DNA from: a virus | Taxonomy: Duplodnaviria > Caudoviricetes | DNA length: 64,000 nt | Virus record (IMG/VR): IMGVR_UViG_3300037851_000620 | Location: 1 to 64,000 of that record | Strand: one strand, 5' to 3' | Shown here: piece after piece, positions 28,510-38,171 of the stretch | How the letters are laid out: each line of letters starts with the position of its first letter | How positions within the stretch are numbered: the first letter of the stretch is position 1 | Made by a program: the position numbers and the translations under genes | Notes under the pieces: generated by a model | The model's input: only the letters and a program-made list of their open reading frames with translations | Databases searched by the model: none | Told to the model about the DNA's origin: nothing

Positions 28510-28522
28510 CAAGTTTAGTATA
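28510..28522 (+). promoter_or_regulatory. CAAGTTTAGTATA motif, copy 4
   Basis: Intergenic, just before the SD. Confidence 0.65.
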
Positions 28523-28535
28523 AATAGAGGCAATC

Positions 28536-28763
28536 ATGGTGAAATATTCATTTTATGAGCGTGATGATTCTGGAACGAAACTTGTTGGGACTGTTTCAGT
28601 TGCTGACAACAAGGTTATTTGGAATATTCCAGATTGGCTTCAAGAGGATATGAGCAAGCGTATTATGCCTGATGGCAAGCCTTTCGATAGGTTTAATCCT
28701 GTCCATGTTGCGCAGATTCCTGCTGAATACAGGTATTCACGATTGTTTGTAGAAATATTGTAA
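28536..28763 (+). CDS. Hypothetical protein
   Basis: SD GAGG, preceded by the CAAGTTTAGT motif at 28510. Confidence 0.7.
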   Translation: MVKYSFYERDDSGTKLVGTVSVADNKVIWNIPDWLQEDMSKRIMPDGKPFDRFNPVHVAQIPAEYRYSRLFVEIL

Positions 28764-28783
28764 GGTATAATAAAAATAAATTT

Positions 28784-29179
28784 ATGGCGAAACTTTTAGT
28801 GATACTTCAAAATGCATATAAAGCACCAAGAGGCTTCAAGCCATCTATGTCAAATAGATGTTTTCTGAAGTCACGGACAGGATCAAGACTTCAGAGAATA
28901 TTGCCCGTTGGTGTCGATGTTTATATCATCAATGCTTCTCCTGAAATTGGAAATCATGCAACGTCTAATTATTCTCCACAACCAGACTATGTGCAGAATG
29001 AATTAGACGCTGTTATGCCGGATGTTATTTTAGCTTGTGGTAACAATGCTAAGAAAGTTATAAACTTGCTGAATTTGCAAGTTCCAGTAATTTCTATGAA
29101 GCATCCAGCATCTAGAACACTTACAAACACTGAGCTGTATGCTGTAAAGAATGAGCTATCAGAGTGTTTCAAGAGATGA
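28784..29179 (+). CDS. Possible small UDG-superfamily fold protein
   Basis: LVILQNA...SRTGSRL...PDVILACG..A...HPASR pattern. Confidence 0.4.
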   Translation: MAKLLVILQNAYKAPRGFKPSMSNRCFLKSRTGSRLQRILPVGVDVYIINASPEIGNHATSNYSPQPDYVQNELDAVMPDVILACGNNAKKVINLLNLQVPVISMKHPASRTLTNTELYAVKNELSECFKR

Positions 29180-29183
29180 GTTA

Positions 29184-29571
29184 ATGGAAATCTTGTTTTG
29201 GGTTATTGGGATCATTGTGCTGGCTGTTTTGTATAGATCAGCAGCGAATATTTTAAATTCCAGATAGGGAGGCAATCATGGCTGGAACAAGAAAAGGATT
29301 GACTACATGGTTAGCATGGAAGATTTTATGTCTATTGTTGCTCGTTTTGGTGATAATGTCTTGCGTGGCATTGAATATATTGTTTGCTTGATTGTCATAG
29401 CTATAATATTGACATTTCTTGGACTGTTAGCATTTTTCAACATGCTAATTGGAGATTGAAATGGAATATCTTATACTCGTCCTCGTGATCGTTGTTTTTG
29501 CATATGTAAGTATTATGTCTCACACTGGAAAGAGAATCAAGCTATTTTGGAACGATTCTAAGCGGAGGTAG
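29184..29571 (+). CDS. Cluster of 3-4 very small membrane-protein ORFs (below the ORF-track cutoff)
   Basis: MEILFWVIGIIVLAVLYRS... (29184), MAGTRKGL.../MVSMEDF...FFNMLIGD (about 29280-29460), MEYLILVLVIVVFAYV... (29461-29571). Confidence 0.45.
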
Positions 29572-29573
29572 AT

Positions 29574-30209
29574 TTGGCATTTTATTGGGTTGAAGAGTCT
29601 TGTCAAATTCAAAACTTGCCTGATATTCTTCTCTCTGTATTTGGGGAGAAGAGTGATGGTACGTTTGTTGAGGTTGGTGCATATGACGGTCGCACATATT
29701 CCAATACATATGGCTTGGCACGTATAGGTTGGCATGGCTTGTATATTGAGGGGATAAAAGAATTCTACGAGCGTTGTGTTGGAAATCACAAACATAACAC
29801 AAGAATTTCATGCGTGAATGCGTTTGTAAGTGATCATATAGGAACACGAGCCGTGTACAAATTTGGAGAATGTTACACTATCGATCATGCGTTTGCGATG
29901 ATACAAAACTGGAACATTCAACCAGAATTCTTTACAACGATTTTACCATTAGGCGATATTCTAAAAGAGTACAGCATTCTACCAGGATTTGATCTTCTTG
30001 TTACGGATACAGACGGCAATGATTTTACAATTCTGAACGGTTTCGACACTGATTATTGGATGCCGAAAATGATAATTTCTGAGGCTCATGAAGGTCATGA
30101 GACTGAGTTGTTCGATATGTATGCGGCTGATATCAATTCTCTGATGGATTCAAGGGGATATACAAAGATATACACAGATCATATCAATAACATATACGTG
30201 AGGTTGTAA
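29574..30209 (+). CDS. FkbM-family methyltransferase
   Basis: FVEVGAYDG.TYSNT, GW.GLYIE, DLLVTDTDG.DF.IL; SD GGAGG before TTG. Confidence 0.85.
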   Translation: MAFYWVEESCQIQNLPDILLSVFGEKSDGTFVEVGAYDGRTYSNTYGLARIGWHGLYIEGIKEFYERCVGNHKHNTRISCVNAFVSDHIGTRAVYKFGECYTIDHAFAMIQNWNIQPEFFTTILPLGDILKEYSILPGFDLLVTDTDGNDFTILNGFDTDYWMPKMIISEAHEGHETELFDMYAADINSLMDSRGYTKIYTDHINNIYVRL

Positions 30210-31739
30210 ATGACGGTTAAAAAACATCAGATGCCGTTGTATCTTGGAACATATGCTGAAAGAATTCTTGAAACACTTGTAGCAGAAGCTGCAGGGTCAT
30301 TATGGCTAGAAACAGATACAAGCGATTTGTATGTTTGGGATGGAAATTCATGGGCATATGTTGGAGGCACTTCATCTTTAGCATTAGATGATCTAAATGA
30401 TGTATATATATCGTCTCCAAGCGATGGAAATGTATTAGGTTATGTTGGAAGTGTTGGTTTGTGGGAAGCTATAACTGTTACTGGTATGGGAGGTGGTGCT
30501 CTAGAGGATCTAACAGATGTAAATATTAACAGTCCATCAAATGGACAGGCTCTTGTATGGGATAGTTCTAGTAGTGTGTGGGAGAATGCAACATTAGAAG
30601 GAGCTTTAAGCAACAAGCCTGCATTAGTATTGACATCTGGAAGTTCTGTTGACAATTCGTGTGGAAAGAATGGATCAGAGAGTGGTCATAGCAATGTTTC
30701 TGCTGTATATTATCCTCATACTTTTCAATTACTTACTGGTGTAAAATTTACTCCTGATGCTGATGCTAATTACAGGTTCTATCTTGCTGAATACGACGGG
30801 ACTGAAATTGCTGCGACTAGTTATTCATCATGTACTTCAGGCACTGAAAAGACATTTACACTAACAACTGCAGTTCTTCTTACACCATACAAAATTTTTC
30901 GTATTGGAATACAAAGAGAAACTGGCACAGGTGCATATCCATATAGAACAAGTGCTCTTGATACAATATATGGATACTTTACTGGTGGGTATTTTGAAAG
31001 TACATATTATTCTGGAAATCCGTTGGCTATAAAAGTGACGATAACTCCATATACTCCAACAGTAGAGAATGTTGGTGGATCATCTGGAGCTGATGCATCT
31101 GATATTACATACACACCATCAACACTTACTGATTGGGATGGTGATGCAGATCCAGGTAATGTGGATGATGCTCTTGATCAATTAGCAAACAATGTTGACG
31201 AACATTTGAGTGCAGCAGCTCCACATTCGGGACATGAGTTGATATCCAATAAAGGAGCGGTTAGTGGATATGCTCCTTTGGATGCGACTCAGAAAATACC
31301 GACTGCTAACCTGGGAGGTGCAGGTGCAAGTGGGTCAAACTTTTTACGTGGTGATCAAACCTGGGCAGTTCCATCTGGCTTGTCTGATGGAAATGTGTTT
31401 TTTGTAATTGATGGTGGTGGATCAGTTATCGTAACTGGTTCTAAGGGATACGTCATTTGTCCGTTCAGTGGCACAATAACTGGATGGACTATTTTAGGTG
31501 ATATCGCAGGAAGTATTGTTATAGATGTAAAGAAGAGCACTTATGCCAGTTTTCCTTCAACTACAAGTATTGCTGGAACAGAGAAGCCGACACTTGCTGG
31601 GGTGCAGAAAAATCAAGATTTGTCACTCGGGTCATGGACAACTGCACTGACAGCAGGTGATATATTGGAATTCGTTGTTGATAGTGTTGCGATAGTAACA
31701 CGGGTTCAACTGTCTATAAAAATCACAAAAACATCTTGA
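30210..31739 (+). CDS. Virion fibre/appendage-like protein
   Basis: Repeats L.DL.DV.I.SP..G..L.(Y/W), FLRGDQTWA, GS-rich linkers, beta-rich C-terminal domain. Confidence 0.55.
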   Translation: MTVKKHQMPLYLGTYAERILETLVAEAAGSLWLETDTSDLYVWDGNSWAYVGGTSSLALDDLNDVYISSPSDGNVLGYVGSVGLWEAITVTGMGGGALEDLTDVNINSPSNGQALVWDSSSSVWENATLEGALSNKPALVLTSGSSVDNSCGKNGSESGHSNVSAVYYPHTFQLLTGVKFTPDADANYRFYLAEYDGTEIAATSYSSCTSGTEKTFTLTTAVLLTPYKIFRIGIQRETGTGAYPYRTSALDTIYGYFTGGYFESTYYSGNPLAIKVTITPYTPTVENVGGSSGADASDITYTPSTLTDWDGDADPGNVDDALDQLANNVDEHLSAAAPHSGHELISNKGAVSGYAPLDATQKIPTANLGGAGASGSNFLRGDQTWAVPSGLSDGNVFFVIDGGGSVIVTGSKGYVICPFSGTITGWTILGDIAGSIVIDVKKSTYASFPSTTSIAGTEKPTLAGVQKNQDLSLGSWTTALTAGDILEFVVDSVAIVTRVQLSIKITKTS

Positions 31740-31752
31740 AAGGAGTTTGATT

Positions 31753-32268
31753 ATGGCGAATACATGGACGGCATATTATTCAGGTGTGGCTTTTGCTGCA
31801 ACAAAAAACATGGGTGCTGTACTGAATGGCGGCGCACGTGTACTACGGGTGAAGCGTGTAGGTCTTATCAATGCTCAAACTGCAGCCGTTACTGGGGTTG
31901 TGTGTTCAATAGAGCTTAGAAGATACACAGGTGCATCCTTGGCATCACCAACTGCGGTAACTCCTGTAGCGCATGATTCAACCAACTCTGCACTTTCATC
32001 TGTAACTGCAGGTCATGCTGGTACAATTGGTGGTACTCCAGCGACTTTGCGTCGTTTAATTTGGTCGAGTGATGAAGCAAAATTGTCAACCGCTCAAAAC
32101 AATGAATGGGAAACACTTATCCCGCTCAACATCATTTATGATTCTTATGGCGATACAACAGTACAACCGATTGTATTGCGTAATGGCGAGATGATCATGG
32201 TGTACAATGTGTCAGGTGCAGCGGGTTTGCTTGACGTTTGGATTGAATTTCTAGATGAGGCATCCTAA
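31753..32268 (+). CDS. Beta-rich putative virion accessory protein (single unit)
   Basis: SD AAGGAG; shares VTP...DS and PIVL..G motifs with the next gene. Confidence 0.6.
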   Translation: MANTWTAYYSGVAFAATKNMGAVLNGGARVLRVKRVGLINAQTAAVTGVVCSIELRRYTGASLASPTAVTPVAHDSTNSALSSVTAGHAGTIGGTPATLRRLIWSSDEAKLSTAQNNEWETLIPLNIIYDSYGDTTVQPIVLRNGEMIMVYNVSGAAGLLDVWIEFLDEAS

Positions 32269-33393
32269 GTGGCAAGCACATACCTTGCACGGGTTGAGCA
32301 AGTTCCATCCGCTATAAATTTTGAGTTCCCGATTACTGCGATAACGGGGCATCCGTATTTGCAGCATGTTGCTCAACTGGCAATTATCAACAATGGTGCT
32401 GGTACGCTTGAGGTAAAAACCATACGCATAGCTCCATTGAGTTCACAGAACGCAGCCTTGCCGGTAAACCTATCGGTGAGCAGGATAACCGTTCAGCCAG
32501 TGAACGGGACGGATGTTACTCCGATCAAACTTGACAGTGCAACAGCAAACTTGCCAGCACAAGTGCAGATCAAAATGTATCCAGACGCAGCGGTAGGGTC
32601 ACGATTTTCGATGGTGAACATTGCCACTCGACAAAACACGGCACGTGTCAATCAGGCTGTATGTGCAAGATCATTCGGGGAATTTGGGTCTGTGGCTTTG
32701 TCGGGTAGCTTGGTCAGGAATTTCAGGCAGGATTTGTCTGGCACGTCTCAACCGATTGTGTTGAATGAAGGACAGGGACTGAATATCCAGGCTGAGCAGC
32801 AATCAGCAACTGCAGCCTATTCCGTGCTGATTGAGTTCTACACGTCAGATGGTTCATATATGCTCAATGAATATGTCTATCCACTTGCGGTAAATTCTCT
32901 ACTCACTATCTGGAATGGGGTTGGCTCTGGGCGTGTAATTTCAATCAAAACAATTGCCATAAGTGAGATTTTAGAGGACACGATTCCTTATTTTGTTTTT
33001 GATATGATCGGTGCTGCTAGAGGTGGTAATGTAGTAACTCCTATAAAAATGGACAGCTCAAGTCCAGACACTGTCGATGTTGATGTGAGATCGAATTGCC
33101 TGGTTGACATTATTGGCTTTGATGCAGGAGCGATTATTGTAAATTCAGGCATGCGCAAGATGACGCGACAGACGTTTGGCATTGGTCTTTCGCAAACTGA
33201 TGTTTCATTTGGGCGCGATGCTAGGGATGTTAGATTTGCCGATTCTCCAATTGTGTTAAGACAGGGTGTTGGAATTGCTATCATTCAGAAAAACTATGGC
33301 GGTGTTGGATTGCATGAGTTCATCATTTCATACACATTTACTCCAGCAGTTGTTGGTGGGTCAAGTGAACATGCTTACGGTGGAGCAGGATAA
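32269..33393 (+). CDS. Beta-rich putative virion accessory protein (two tandem units paralogous to the previous gene)
   Basis: VTPIKLDS/VTPIKMDS and QPIVLNEGQG/SPIVLRQGVG internal repeat. Confidence 0.6.
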   Translation: MASTYLARVEQVPSAINFEFPITAITGHPYLQHVAQLAIINNGAGTLEVKTIRIAPLSSQNAALPVNLSVSRITVQPVNGTDVTPIKLDSATANLPAQVQIKMYPDAAVGSRFSMVNIATRQNTARVNQAVCARSFGEFGSVALSGSLVRNFRQDLSGTSQPIVLNEGQGLNIQAEQQSATAAYSVLIEFYTSDGSYMLNEYVYPLAVNSLLTIWNGVGSGRVISIKTIAISEILEDTIPYFVFDMIGAARGGNVVTPIKMDSSSPDTVDVDVRSNCLVDIIGFDAGAIIVNSGMRKMTRQTFGIGLSQTDVSFGRDARDVRFADSPIVLRQGVGIAIIQKNYGGVGLHEFIISYTFTPAVVGGSSEHAYGGAG

Positions 33394-33465
33394 TGAAATT
33401 AAACAATATACAGAATATTGTATATTCATGTGTATATTCATATATTAGAATATTTTACACGGTTG

Positions 33466-33480
33466 CAAGTTTAGTATATT
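33466..33480 (+). promoter_or_regulatory. CAAGTTTAGTATATT motif, copy 5
   Basis: Intergenic, just before SD AGGAGG. Confidence 0.65.
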
Positions 33481-33494
33481 AGGAGGACTTCATA

Positions 33495-33833
33495 ATGGTT
33501 GATAAGATAAATGCTCATTTCGATTTTGTGGTTCAGGGTGTCACTTTTGAAGATGCTCGTGCACTCAATATGCGCATCATTAACGCTGTTGAGTTGTTGG
33601 ATGCTTCTACTGGTGGAGGCTGGTATGTAGAAGACGACAAAGATAATGTCGAGAAGCTCGCAGAGTTAGATGCTAATATTTACGAAATATTGGATGCAAA
33701 GTTCAAGACCGTGACGAAAGAGGCAGACACTGGCAATGCGTCTAACGAAACAATCATATGGCTGAGAGGTTATGCTCAAGCTATCTGTTATGCGAAGAAG
33801 GTTGTGAGTGGGGAGATTGGGGATGAGGGCTGA
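33495..33833 (+). CDS. Hypothetical protein
   Basis: SD AGGAGG, preceded by the CAAGTTTAGT motif at 33466. Confidence 0.7.
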   Translation: MVDKINAHFDFVVQGVTFEDARALNMRIINAVELLDASTGGGWYVEDDKDNVEKLAELDANIYEILDAKFKTVTKEADTGNASNETIIWLRGYAQAICYAKKVVSGEIGDEG

Positions 33834-34146
33834 TCCGAAAACATTCACAAACAAAGATGTACAACGTGCGGCTCAGGAATTACAGAAGTATCGTAATTGT
33901 CCTGAAAAGTTGATCAATGAGGTTGACAGGCGTTGTAGGAAGAAGAACATTCCAATTAATTGGCGTCAAACAGGCTCTCATGTTGTTGGACAGGCTCCGA
34001 ATGCTGATGTTGTGATCCCCAATCATGGAGAGATTCCAAAAGGAACGCTTATGAGCATCGTCAAGATGCTTGCTGCAATCGGTGTGGTTATATTCATTGG
34101 CTTCTGTTATTACTCATACATTCTGATTCCTGCAGGAGGGAACTGA
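33823..34146 (+). CDS. HicA-like mRNA interferase domain with C-terminal TM helix
   Basis: RQTGSH...VVIPNHGEIPKGTLMSIVK matches the HicA pattern; then LAAIGVVIFIGFCYYSYIL. Confidence 0.6.
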   Translation: MRADPKTFTNKDVQRAAQELQKYRNCPEKLINEVDRRCRKKNIPINWRQTGSHVVGQAPNADVVIPNHGEIPKGTLMSIVKMLAAIGVVIFIGFCYYSYILIPAGGN

Positions 34147-34271
34147 TGAATGGATTTTTGTTCAAACGATTGTGGTGCTGGACATGTAATAAAGTGACAT
34201 GGTGGCATATGGTAAATAACCACTATCGTTGCTCTGTGTGTGGACAGCGTAGTATCGCTGATCTGAAATGA
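34146..34271 (+). CDS. 41 aa Zn-ribbon protein
   Basis: CWTC...CSVC; coupled to the upstream stop codon. Confidence 0.5.
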   Translation: MNGFLFKRLWCWTCNKVTWWHMVNNHYRCSVCGQRSIADLK

Positions 34272-34295
34272 TTCTAACACTCGCCCAGGTGTATA

Positions 34296-34560
34296 ATGAA
34301 AATCGATATCACGCAGTTATGTGTTGCGACATTGATCGCGATGTTTGTGCTAGGATGTGCAATAGTTCTAGCAGCCACTCTAATTAGAAAGGCTCAGCAC
34401 GAAAAGTCTTTGCGATATACAAAATGGGAACAAAGCGAGGAGAATGATGATGAAGAAAAACAGTAAACTGTATAACATTGTTTGGATGACGGTCATTGTT
34501 ATTGGCAGTGGGGTTGCGGTTGTAGTTTGGATGTTTGCCGCATCGGCAAACGGTATGTAA
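34296..34560 (+). CDS. Two small membrane proteins (34296-34466 and 34444-34560)
   Basis: MKIDITQLCVATLIAMFVLGCAIVL... and MMMKKNSKLYNIVWMTVIVIGSGVAVVVWMF... Confidence 0.45.
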
Positions 34561-34766
34561 TGAAAATCCGGATGCGTGCAATTTTATCCGTAATTCACAT
34601 ATTACTTATACGAGCCGACAAACTTGCCAAAGAAATTCCACCTGATCCTTCAACTGAAGAGCATTTATCGACACTCAAGAACGACATCAGTCATGCTGAG
34701 ATGGTTGTGACGAACATGCTTGTAACATCACGCATAGCAGATATGTCTTATGAAGATCCTAATTGA
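34560..34766 (+). CDS. Hypothetical protein
   Basis: Start moved to ATG 34560 (TAATG coupling). Confidence 0.5.
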   Translation: MKIRMRAILSVIHILLIRADKLAKEIPPDPSTEEHLSTLKNDISHAEMVVTNMLVTSRIADMSYEDPN

Positions 34767-35307
34767 TAAAGAGTTGAAAGAGTGGATTAAGACAGGCATA
34801 TATCCGCACGATTTGGCATACATAAATCCAGCCAGCGTCGATCTTTGCTTGGGTCATGGTTGGATAGATATAGAAGGCTATACATTGTCAAACAACGATT
34901 TAACGCTGTATCCTCGCTCTGCATATACAGACGTGTGGAATACATTTGCCAGGATCTTCCATTTCCAAAGGCATCCAACGGCTGTTCTTGCTACAACATT
35001 AGAGCGAGTTGTGCTTCTTCCTGATGAAGCAGCGTCTATCAAGCTGAAAACGACTCCGAGTCGTGAAGGTCTTGGGCATCCGATTGCAGATTGGGTAGAT
35101 CCTGGATTTCAAGGTCAACTTACGCTCATGCTTCATGCTCACAAACGGATTTCCATCCCGTATGGCAGGAGAATTGTTCAGATAGTGGTGTATAAGCTAG
35201 ACTATCCTGTTGAAATCTCTTATGCACACACAGGACATTATCAAGATCAGGCTGGTCCAACAATTTCATGGAGGCATATGTGGTATGCTAGACATAAACG
35301 ATCCTGA
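34750..35307 (+). CDS. dcd: dCTP deaminase
   Basis: INPASVDL.LG, SREGL, VDPGFQGQLTL, IVQIV, GHYQDQ.GP. Confidence 0.9.
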   Translation: MKILIDKELKEWIKTGIYPHDLAYINPASVDLCLGHGWIDIEGYTLSNNDLTLYPRSAYTDVWNTFARIFHFQRHPTAVLATTLERVVLLPDEAASIKLKTTPSREGLGHPIADWVDPGFQGQLTLMLHAHKRISIPYGRRIVQIVVYKLDYPVEISYAHTGHYQDQAGPTISWRHMWYARHKRS

Positions 35308-35800
35308 TACATTCATACAACCACGCTGGAAGTTTTGTAGTGCACGCGACACACATGTCAATATGCCAGCGTTCTTCTTGAAGACAGCCATCGATATTCT
35401 GACTCCGCTGTATTCATGTAATCGTCCTCCTGGAGCTGCAGGAGCAATCCTTGAGACAAAATCTCATGTAATCATTGCGCCTGTTATACCAACGATAGGA
35501 TATCCAACTTGTAAGCATGTTGGGTGCGATATCGTTGATGGGCACTGTGTAAGAGCAATTCATGCTGAGAGGCGTGCGTTGTTGTGGGCAGCGAAATACG
35601 GTATTCCTACAGACGAGTCTACTGTGTACTCGATACTCAAACCTTGTTATGAGTGTACAAAGGAGCTGATTGCGGCTGGCGTAAAGTTAATTTATTACGC
35701 TGGGATTGCTTATGATGAAGACAGGACAAAAGCTGTACTCAAAGCAGCAGATGTCCTGTGCATTGCGGTAGACGTCAAATTGGAGTACGGAAATGCTTGA
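35285..35800 (+). CDS. dCMP deaminase
   Basis: GC...GHCVRAIHAE, PCYEC, AGVK. Confidence 0.85.
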   Translation: MLDINDPDTFIQPRWKFCSARDTHVNMPAFFLKTAIDILTPLYSCNRPPGAAGAILETKSHVIIAPVIPTIGYPTCKHVGCDIVDGHCVRAIHAERRALLWAAKYGIPTDESTVYSILKPCYECTKELIAAGVKLIYYAGIAYDEDRTKAVLKAADVLCIAVDVKLEYGNA

Positions 35801-36947
35801 AACAACCAGATATATAACATCGACGAGCTTCTTTATTGATCAGTTGGAGGCGTTGCTAAAACAGGGATGCAAAGTGGCACCGAGAGGCAATGAAACAAAA
35901 GAATTATTGAATCAATTCTTTGAGATTTACTATCCAACCTATCGCTGTATCTTGCTTCCTAAACGTAGAAATAATATCTTTGCTCAGATTGCAGAGACAT
36001 TGTGGATGATTGCTGGACGTGACGATATTGAGTGGCTGAGTTTCTATCTTCCTCGTGCTCCACAATTTAGCGATAACGGACGTTCTTGGCGTGGGGCATA
36101 TGGTCCGAGATTGAGGAATTGGAACAGTTCTGATAAGAAAGTTGATCAACTTTCTTATGTTGTTGAAGCCTTGAAGAACGATAGTCTTACACGTCAAGCA
36201 GTCATTTCCATTTGGGATCCTGGTATCGATACCACTCCTGGTAAAGATATTCCTTGCAATAACTGGTTGCAATTCATCTTACGTGATGGGTTGTTGAGTA
36301 TGAGTGTTGCACAACGTTCATCAGATTTGATATGGGGATACAGTGGCATAGATGCATTCTCATGGTCTGTACTTCACGAAATGATGGCGTATTGGACAGA
36401 GTCTAATGTTCATATCCGCTCTCATCTTGTTGGCAGTCAACATATCTATCAGCAGCATTATGTTCTTGGGTACGACATTTTACAGAATTACAAGGCGTGC
36501 ATGTATGATAGAGTTTCGTGTCTTAATGCGCATCTTCTCGATGATGTGTATCTTCCTCCTAAGTTCCAAACTCCGTTTGATAAGATCGATGTTGCATTAC
36601 AGCACCTGTTTCGGCTCGAGCTGTTTATGCGGAATGGAGCGATGTCGTTTCAGGCTATATGGGACGATATCGAAACGGATACATGCATATCCTATGATCC
36701 ATTCTTGATTCAGTGTGCGCAGATGCTTTTGGTGTATCATGTATACCAAAACGTGAAGAAAAATCACGAAGGCGAGGACTTAGATAAGTTCAAGCCTGAT
36801 ATTATGCAGTTCGTTAACAAAATGGAAAAGAGCGATTTTCGCCTGTGTGCGGTCGAGTTCATGTCACGTTATATGAACATCGAGACCGATGATATGGCTC
36901 ATTCTAGTGACGTGTTGGAGCTGAAACGATTGAATATTTTGCAATAA
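35793..36947 (+). CDS. Thymidylate synthase-superfamily enzyme (hydroxymethylase-like)
   Basis: AYGPRLR, TRQAVISIWDP, DIPC (catalytic Cys), RSSD..WG...D, SQHIY. Confidence 0.85.
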   Translation: MLETTRYITSTSFFIDQLEALLKQGCKVAPRGNETKELLNQFFEIYYPTYRCILLPKRRNNIFAQIAETLWMIAGRDDIEWLSFYLPRAPQFSDNGRSWRGAYGPRLRNWNSSDKKVDQLSYVVEALKNDSLTRQAVISIWDPGIDTTPGKDIPCNNWLQFILRDGLLSMSVAQRSSDLIWGYSGIDAFSWSVLHEMMAYWTESNVHIRSHLVGSQHIYQQHYVLGYDILQNYKACMYDRVSCLNAHLLDDVYLPPKFQTPFDKIDVALQHLFRLELFMRNGAMSFQAIWDDIETDTCISYDPFLIQCAQMLLVYHVYQNVKKNHEGEDLDKFKPDIMQFVNKMEKSDFRLCAVEFMSRYMNIETDDMAHSSDVLELKRLNILQ

Positions 36948-37023
36948 GTATATATTCATAGGTTTGTAGATAAAAACCTATATGTGAATATAGCTTATTT
37001 GACACACATATTTGAGGATAATT

Positions 37024-37581
37024 ATGTCATATTACAAGGCTGCTGAAGTGTCTGCAAGTTTATTGGCTGAGTCGCCTATACAAGTTGCATCTTGTGAATT
37101 AACACGACCTGCAAACACGACAGCATATTCAGCTAACGATGTATGGAACGATTCAGATACATATAATCCAAGCTGTTTCGTGTTTCAATATCCACCAAGC
37201 TGGGCTAATACTATTGTTTGGATATCGCAAGTTGTAGTTGCATCTAATAATCCAAACTTCGCATCAGTTGTGATAGTTATGTTCTATAGAAAATATCCTA
37301 TGGCAATCCCATTAGATAATACATCGCAGATAGCTGCATTAGGGTATTGGACAGAGCGCACAAGTTTCAGTCAATTTGGAAGTTCGTTATCTATGCTGAA
37401 CATAGGTGCAGCAACAGGGAAAATAGGATTGTTAGCTTCGAATACACATTCACCAGTTATGTTAGACGAAACTGCAAAATTGTATGCGCAGCTGCGTTTG
37501 GGCGCACTCTATACACCATTGCCTGGTGAGAGTGTATATATTCGAGTCATTGCAAATAGATCGCTCACGAATGTATTTTAG
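37024..37581 (+). CDS. TRPxNTTxY-motif protein, paralog A (putative virion accessory)
   Basis: LTRPANTTAYSAND; paralogous to the next gene. Confidence 0.6.
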   Translation: MSYYKAAEVSASLLAESPIQVASCELTRPANTTAYSANDVWNDSDTYNPSCFVFQYPPSWANTIVWISQVVVASNNPNFASVVIVMFYRKYPMAIPLDNTSQIAALGYWTERTSFSQFGSSLSMLNIGAATGKIGLLASNTHSPVMLDETAKLYAQLRLGALYTPLPGESVYIRVIANRSLTNVF

Positions 37582-37605
37582 AGGACATATTAGAGGATAC
37601 CTTAC

Positions 37606-38157
37606 ATGTCTAAATCTATTGAAAAATCGCTCGAATTGACTTCTATGACCAGATTTTGCGAAGCTGAGGCATCGTTTACACGTCCAAACAACACCACGCA
37701 ATATACGGCACAAGACTTAGTGACTTCAGCATTAAGTCTAGATGCTGTTGGATGTATAGCATTCACTTTACCAGATTGGACAAGAAATATGAGTGGTCTG
37801 ATCTACAAGATATTTTGTGCGAAATCTGGAGATACTACAACTAATGCAAGCTTCACTATGTATTTGTGGAATAGACCACCGACTGTCATCAATGCAGTTG
37901 ATAATACTCCATATCCAAGCCAAATACCTGTGTGGAAAGATAGAGATGCATTCATAGGAACGATAGCTTGCGGCACGCAAACAGTTGGAATGACTGGGGG
38001 AGGGACGTATGCTTTATCTGCAGCAGCAAACTTGTATTATGCATTACCTGGTGGTGGAAATACAATCTATGGTCTTTTGACTGTATCTGCTGCATATGTG
38101 CCAATAGCATCAGAGCAATTTTATTTTCGGATTACGTGCATATATCCTCCATATTAG
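37606..38157 (+). CDS. TRPxNTTxY-motif protein, paralog B
   Basis: FTRPNNTTQYTAQD; C-terminal Y.P...E..Y.R motif shared with paralog A. Confidence 0.6.
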   Translation: MSKSIEKSLELTSMTRFCEAEASFTRPNNTTQYTAQDLVTSALSLDAVGCIAFTLPDWTRNMSGLIYKIFCAKSGDTTTNASFTMYLWNRPPTVINAVDNTPYPSQIPVWKDRDAFIGTIACGTQTVGMTGGGTYALSAAANLYYALPGGGNTIYGLLTVSAAYVPIASEQFYFRITCIYPPY

Positions 38158-38171
38158 ATTGATACAATTTT

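Noticed and set aside
33394-33465. AT-rich ATATT repeats and hairpin as an origin
   Set aside because: Short, low complexity, and adequately explained as terminator/promoter-upstream sequence; no iteron pattern.
36950-36992. Bulged inverted repeat after the TS-like gene as a novel element
   Set aside because: AT-rich imperfect hairpin, most simply a weak terminator.
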